Of a stretch of 64,000 nt of DNA, positions 62,999 through 64,000 are shown piece after piece. This stretch comes from Laetmonice hystrix (taxonomy: Eukaryota). Both the position numbers and the translations under genes were made by a program. How positions within the stretch are numbered: position 1 is the first letter of the stretch; each line of letters starts with the position of its first letter. The notes under the pieces are model-generated. The model was not told the DNA's origin. It was given only the letters and a program-made list of their open reading frames with translations, and searched no databases. The stretch is taken from contig OZ249452.1 of the NCBI GenBank assembly GCA_965235115.1, forward strand, positions 10,664,001 to 10,728,000. The letters run 5' to 3'.

Positions 62999-63851
62999 TA
63001 TCGGGTGGATAAAAAAAACGCCCCGAACTTTAAACTTTAATATCTCAAACACTATGCATTATAATTCAATAAAATTTCTCTTGCTATCACTTCATGATAT
63101 TATCTCTGGTATGTTAAAGTCTCAGCTCAATAGCTTCGATATTAATTCCGTGGCGCTAAAAACAAAAATCGGTGTCTAAAAACGCAATGCCGGAATTAGG
63201 TCAAATATCATGCAGCTGCCAGGTGTCCAATTTGACACCTGTTTGATGCACCGCATTGTACCTTGGGTAAAAAAAAAATCAATATTTAGTTTTTGCATGT
63301 TTTACAATATGTATAATGTTGTGGACCACTAGATATAATAAAATATGTGCTATTCCTAGTACTTTTAGAGAAAACAGATGTTTAATGTGCCAAACCCTAC
63401 AGAGAAACTGCAACATAAGGATGACTGTAACGAGAAGTTCAAGGGAAATCGTATCATTATCACAATTGGCACCACATTCAGAACGTTACGTATTTCCCAA
63501 TGTTGGGAAGATATCTCCCTATAAAATATCGGGAAGTGCATTGGCTCATGGAAAAAGAGACTGAGAGCAGTATGGAGTGAAAACGGGGGACCGATTGACC
63601 ACCTATTCTAGTGTGAGGCCAGGGACTCTGGGTGCGGCTACAACTCGCTTTAGCCCGGCATTGCGCTTTTGTACAATGATTTTTGTTTTTAGCCCCACAG
63701 AAATATTATCCAAGCTATTGAGTTGTAACATTGAGAACAAAGAGACAACATCGTGAAGTGATATTAAGAAAAATTTCATTGAATTACAATCATTACTTTT
63801 TGAAATATTGAAGTTTAAAGTTCGGGGCGTTTTTTTTTTATCCACCCGATA
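62999..63851. mobile_element. Non-autonomous Tc1/mariner-like element, ~220-bp imperfect TIRs, TA TSD
   Basis: TA|TATCGGGTGGATAAAAAAAACGCCCCGAACTTTAAAC ... GTTTAAAGTTCGGGGCGTTTTTTTTTTATCCACCCGATA|TA; no transposase ORF. Confidence 0.85.
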
Positions 63852-64000
63852 TAAGGCCTATGCATGTCTAAAGCCACTGCTCATTTTGGCTTCATGCTGG
63901 TCCTGTACGTGGATGCACCTGTGAAGCCCTCACGTCTGTCAAGATTAAATGGCTTCTTTAATGGCTTCAATGATCACTTACTTCTCAGGTCCACGGTTTC

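Overview
Eukaryotic (animal, probably marine invertebrate/lophotrochozoan; taxon is inference from repeat style) genomic DNA with spliceosomal introns and many MITEs/SINEs/minisatellites; no prokaryotic features, rRNA, tRNA or CRISPR. (1) 1-14.2 kb: two adjacent paralogous blocks, each with a two-coding-exon gene for a small secreted prepropeptide (21-aa signal peptide, net-acidic propiece, RVKR convertase site, then a highly cationic Arg-Gly-repeat mature peptide ending in a potential amidation Gly). The pre-pro parts are nearly identical while the mature parts differ strongly. I do not recognise this family; it is the best candidate for a new system. Block 1 carries a CR1/L2-clade LINE with an open 949-aa EN+RT ORF; block 2 carries a nested TIR MITE about 14 bp from the homologous site. 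(2) 16.0-24.0 kb, minus strand: a complete 15-coding-exon, 578-aa MPP7-like p55 MAGUK (L27-L27-PDZ-SH3-HOOK-GuK) reconstructed by hand with all intron phases consistent. Three of its introns carry minisatellites made of copies of their own splice sites. (3) 24-64 kb: probable long 5' intron(s)/upstream region with a candidate distal first exon at 47.2-47.5 kb, satellite arrays, a Helentron/HINE-like element, MITEs, SINEs, motif clusters and a 519-N gap; no further protein-coding gene could be supported.
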